A stretch of 64,000 nt of DNA from contig CADAKI010000001.1 in the NCBI GenBank assembly GCA_902788485.1, forward strand, positions 183,007 to 247,006. The letters run 5' to 3'. This document shows positions 61,754 to 64,000 of this stretch, piece after piece. The DNA comes from an uncultured Pseudomonadota bacterium (GTDB lineage: Bacteria > Pseudomonadota > Alphaproteobacteria > Rs-D84). The number at the start of each line of letters is the position of its first letter. Position 1 is the first letter of the stretch. Under the pieces are notes generated by a model. It made no database searches. It had not been told where the DNA came from and saw nothing but the letters and a program-made list of their open reading frames with translations. Made by a program: the position numbers and the translations under genes.

Positions 61754-62902
61754 ATGGAGAAAAATTTCATGCTGGCAGATTACTTTTTATCAAACGGATT
61801 TTATTCTTTTGCAAGTGGTTGGGCGCAATTTGCCGCCGCGTTTGGTTGTGCATTTTTGATAATGTTTTTATTTGGTCGTGGGTTTATTCGTGTAATGCAC
61901 GCATGGCAAAAACGTGGTCAACCAATCAGTGAAAACGTCCCTGAATCTCATCGTGCCAAGGCCGGCACCCCAACCATGGGTGGAATTTTAATTTTATTTG
62001 CGATAATTGTGTCGTCCGTATTATTTATGCCAATGGTAAATACGGCGGGTTGGATTGCGTTATTGTCATTGGTAATGTTTGGCGCATTGGGTTTTGTTGA
62101 TGATTATAAAAAAGTATCATCGCAATCGCACAAGGCCGCAAACGGTCTGTCGCCATCGTTCCGCCTGGGGGCCGAGGCCGTATTTGTTGTAATTTTAGTT
62201 TATTTAATCAATAAAACGATGCCACCGTATGTGCCGGACTTTTCGATTACGGTTGGTTCATCAATTTTGTGGCCATTAAATTCTTGGGTTTTGGGTAATG
62301 CATTTGGCATGCCGATAACATTGGGATTTTTGTATTATGTGTTTGGGTATTTTGTCATCTGTGGTTCGGCAAACGCCACCAATATCACAGACGGCCTGGA
62401 CGGCATGTTATCTAAATTATATTTGCCGGTGTTGATTGTGTTGGTTGTCGCATTATATGGCGCAACCAGAATTGGTTTCATGGACAGTGTGGTTTTCTTG
62501 CCCGATGCATCCGCCCTGTACGCACCATTGGGTGCGACCGCCGGCGCCGTATTGGGATTTTTATGGTATAACGCAAAACCTGCATCGATATTTATGGGTG
62601 ATGTTGGCTCATTGGCATTGGGTGGATTTATGGGTACGGTTGCGATGTTATTAAAATCAGAAATCATTATGGGTGTTGCCGCCGGCATGATGGTGTTGAT
62701 ATTACTGTCGTCATTTTTGCAAACAATGTGTTTCAAAATTACGCGCAAAATATCTGGGACCGGGCGCCGCATATTTTTGCGCGCGCCATTACATCATCAT
62801 TTCGAAGAATTGGGTTGGGCAGAGACAAAAATCGTGGACAGATTTTTTGTATTATCGATATTGTTTTCTGGGATTGCGCTGATACTGTTAAAATTTGCAT
62901 AA
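61754..62902 (+). CDS. mraY: Phospho-N-acetylmuramoyl-pentapeptide transferase
   Basis: KAGTPTMGG, GFVDDY, NITDGLDG, FMGDVGSL and APLHHHFE motifs. Confidence 0.97.
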   Translation: MEKNFMLADYFLSNGFYSFASGWAQFAAAFGCAFLIMFLFGRGFIRVMHAWQKRGQPISENVPESHRAKAGTPTMGGILILFAIIVSSVLFMPMVNTAGWIALLSLVMFGALGFVDDYKKVSSQSHKAANGLSPSFRLGAEAVFVVILVYLINKTMPPYVPDFSITVGSSILWPLNSWVLGNAFGMPITLGFLYYVFGYFVICGSANATNITDGLDGMLSKLYLPVLIVLVVALYGATRIGFMDSVVFLPDASALYAPLGATAGAVLGFLWYNAKPASIFMGDVGSLALGGFMGTVAMLLKSEIIMGVAAGMMVLILLSSFLQTMCFKITRKISGTGRRIFLRAPLHHHFEELGWAETKIVDRFFVLSILFSGIALILLKFA

Positions 62903-62926
62903 AAATAAAATAGGGCGGATATAAAA

Positions 62927-64000
62927 ATGGCGGTGATAAATGAAGTTGCACGCAGAACCGACGACAGTCAATTAACTGATTGGTATTTTGGCATTGACCG
63001 TTGGTTGCTGTTGTATGTTGGAATAATGATTTTTGTCGGCATGATTGCAACCATTTCCACCGGCAGTGCGAATTCCATCCGCGTTCATGGCGCATTACCA
63101 TGGTATCATTTTTTTGTAAAAATGTTTCCGTTTTATATCATTGGTTTGGGAACATTATTCGTGACCAGTATGTTTAACAAAAAATGGGTACTGAAATTGG
63201 CGTGGTTAAATGTGATTGTGTGCCTGCCATTATTGATAATGACATTTGTTCATCCGATGGTTGTAAATGGTTCGGCGCGATGGGTGGTATTGGACGGATT
63301 AAAATTAATGCCATCTGACATTATGAAGCCCGGATTTGTCGTTGTCACCGCGTGGTTTTTGGCGCGTATGAAGGAAAAATTTGGCGACAACATATTTTTG
63401 AATCGGGATGCCTGGAAATTCAGTTGGGCATCATGGTGGCCGTATATCGGTGTATTTTGCATGGTGTTGGGCATTTTATTTAAACAGCCCGACATTGGTA
63501 CATCAATGTTGTATTTCTTGGTATTGGGCATAATGCTGTATGTATCGGGCCTGCCCAAAAGGATAATGGCGATATTGGGTGCGGTTTTAATTGGCGGTGG
63601 CACGGCGGCATTTTTTCTGTGGCACCACGTGCACGAACGCATCATGGAATTTTTCGGGCCATTGGACCCATTGTCCCAGGTCGGTTTTGCCGTGAACGCA
63701 ATCCGCCAAGGCGGTCTGTTCGGCATGGGGGACGAGGCATTTGCCGCCGAAAATTTGCCAATGGCGGAAAATGATTTTGTTTTTGCGGCACTGGTCGAAG
63801 ATTTCGGTGCAATCGCCGGATGTTTGTTATTGGTGTTATTTATCATGGTGATAAAGCGTTTAATGGCGGCGGCATCATCGGCGCGTGATAAATTTGTTTT
63901 GTATGTTATAACCGGAACAACGGCGTTATTTTCGGTCCAGATTTGCCTAAACCTGGCGACGACATTGCATGTTATGCCGCCCAAGGGCATGACATTACCG
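62927..64000 (+). CDS. ftsW: SEDS-family peptidoglycan polymerase FtsW (runs off the window)
   Basis: Read manually: MAVINEVARRTDDSQLTDWYFGIDRW, VNGSARW, PSDIMKP, KQPDIG, NDFVFA and PKGMTLP. Confidence 0.9.
   Translation, partial: MAVINEVARRTDDSQLTDWYFGIDRWLLLYVGIMIFVGMIATISTGSANSIRVHGALPWYHFFVKMFPFYIIGLGTLFVTSMFNKKWVLKLAWLNVIVCLPLLIMTFVHPMVVNGSARWVVLDGLKLMPSDIMKPGFVVVTAWFLARMKEKFGDNIFLNRDAWKFSWASWWPYIGVFCMVLGILFKQPDIGTSMLYFLVLGIMLYVSGLPKRIMAILGAVLIGGGTAAFFLWHHVHERIMEFFGPLDPLSQVGFAVNAIRQGGLFGMGDEAFAAENLPMAENDFVFAALVEDFGAIAGCLLLVLFIMVIKRLMAAASSARDKFVLYVITGTTALFSVQICLNLATTLHVMPPKGMTLP

Overview
A housekeeping-rich chromosomal window from a streamlined, host-associated alphaproteobacterium using genetic code 11. 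Gene content and the G|RSLIEMLGVLAI-type pilin suggest a gut Rs-D84/Enterousia-like lineage; this assignment is an inference. Core genes include surA, lptD, lptF, nusA, infB, recF, tRNA-Cys, a MacAB-TolC-type exporter, rsmG-parA-parB, pal, infC, der, pnp, rpsO, truB, mutS, mreB, rnpA, accBC, dnaX, rpmE, PBP1A, mraY and ftsW, and many canonical operons are broken up. The most striking non-core signal is a module present twice in inverted orientation (25.07-25.50 kb and 44.64-45.15 kb). It consists of a sigma70 promoter, a structured RNA with the architecture of phage P1 C4 / P4 CI antisense RNAs, a terminator and a 72-aa XRE HTH gene. The RNA loop differs between the copies and co-varies with its upstream target site. 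No prophage is visible around either copy. Other highlights are three tandem shufflon-PilV-like pilins next to a ZitP-like gene, an orphan VirD4 apparently co-transcribed with two lipoproteins, a 1077-aa Cys-rich exported protein, a SuhB lacking catalytic motifs, variant parS-like palindromes, and several intergenic palindromic repeat families.
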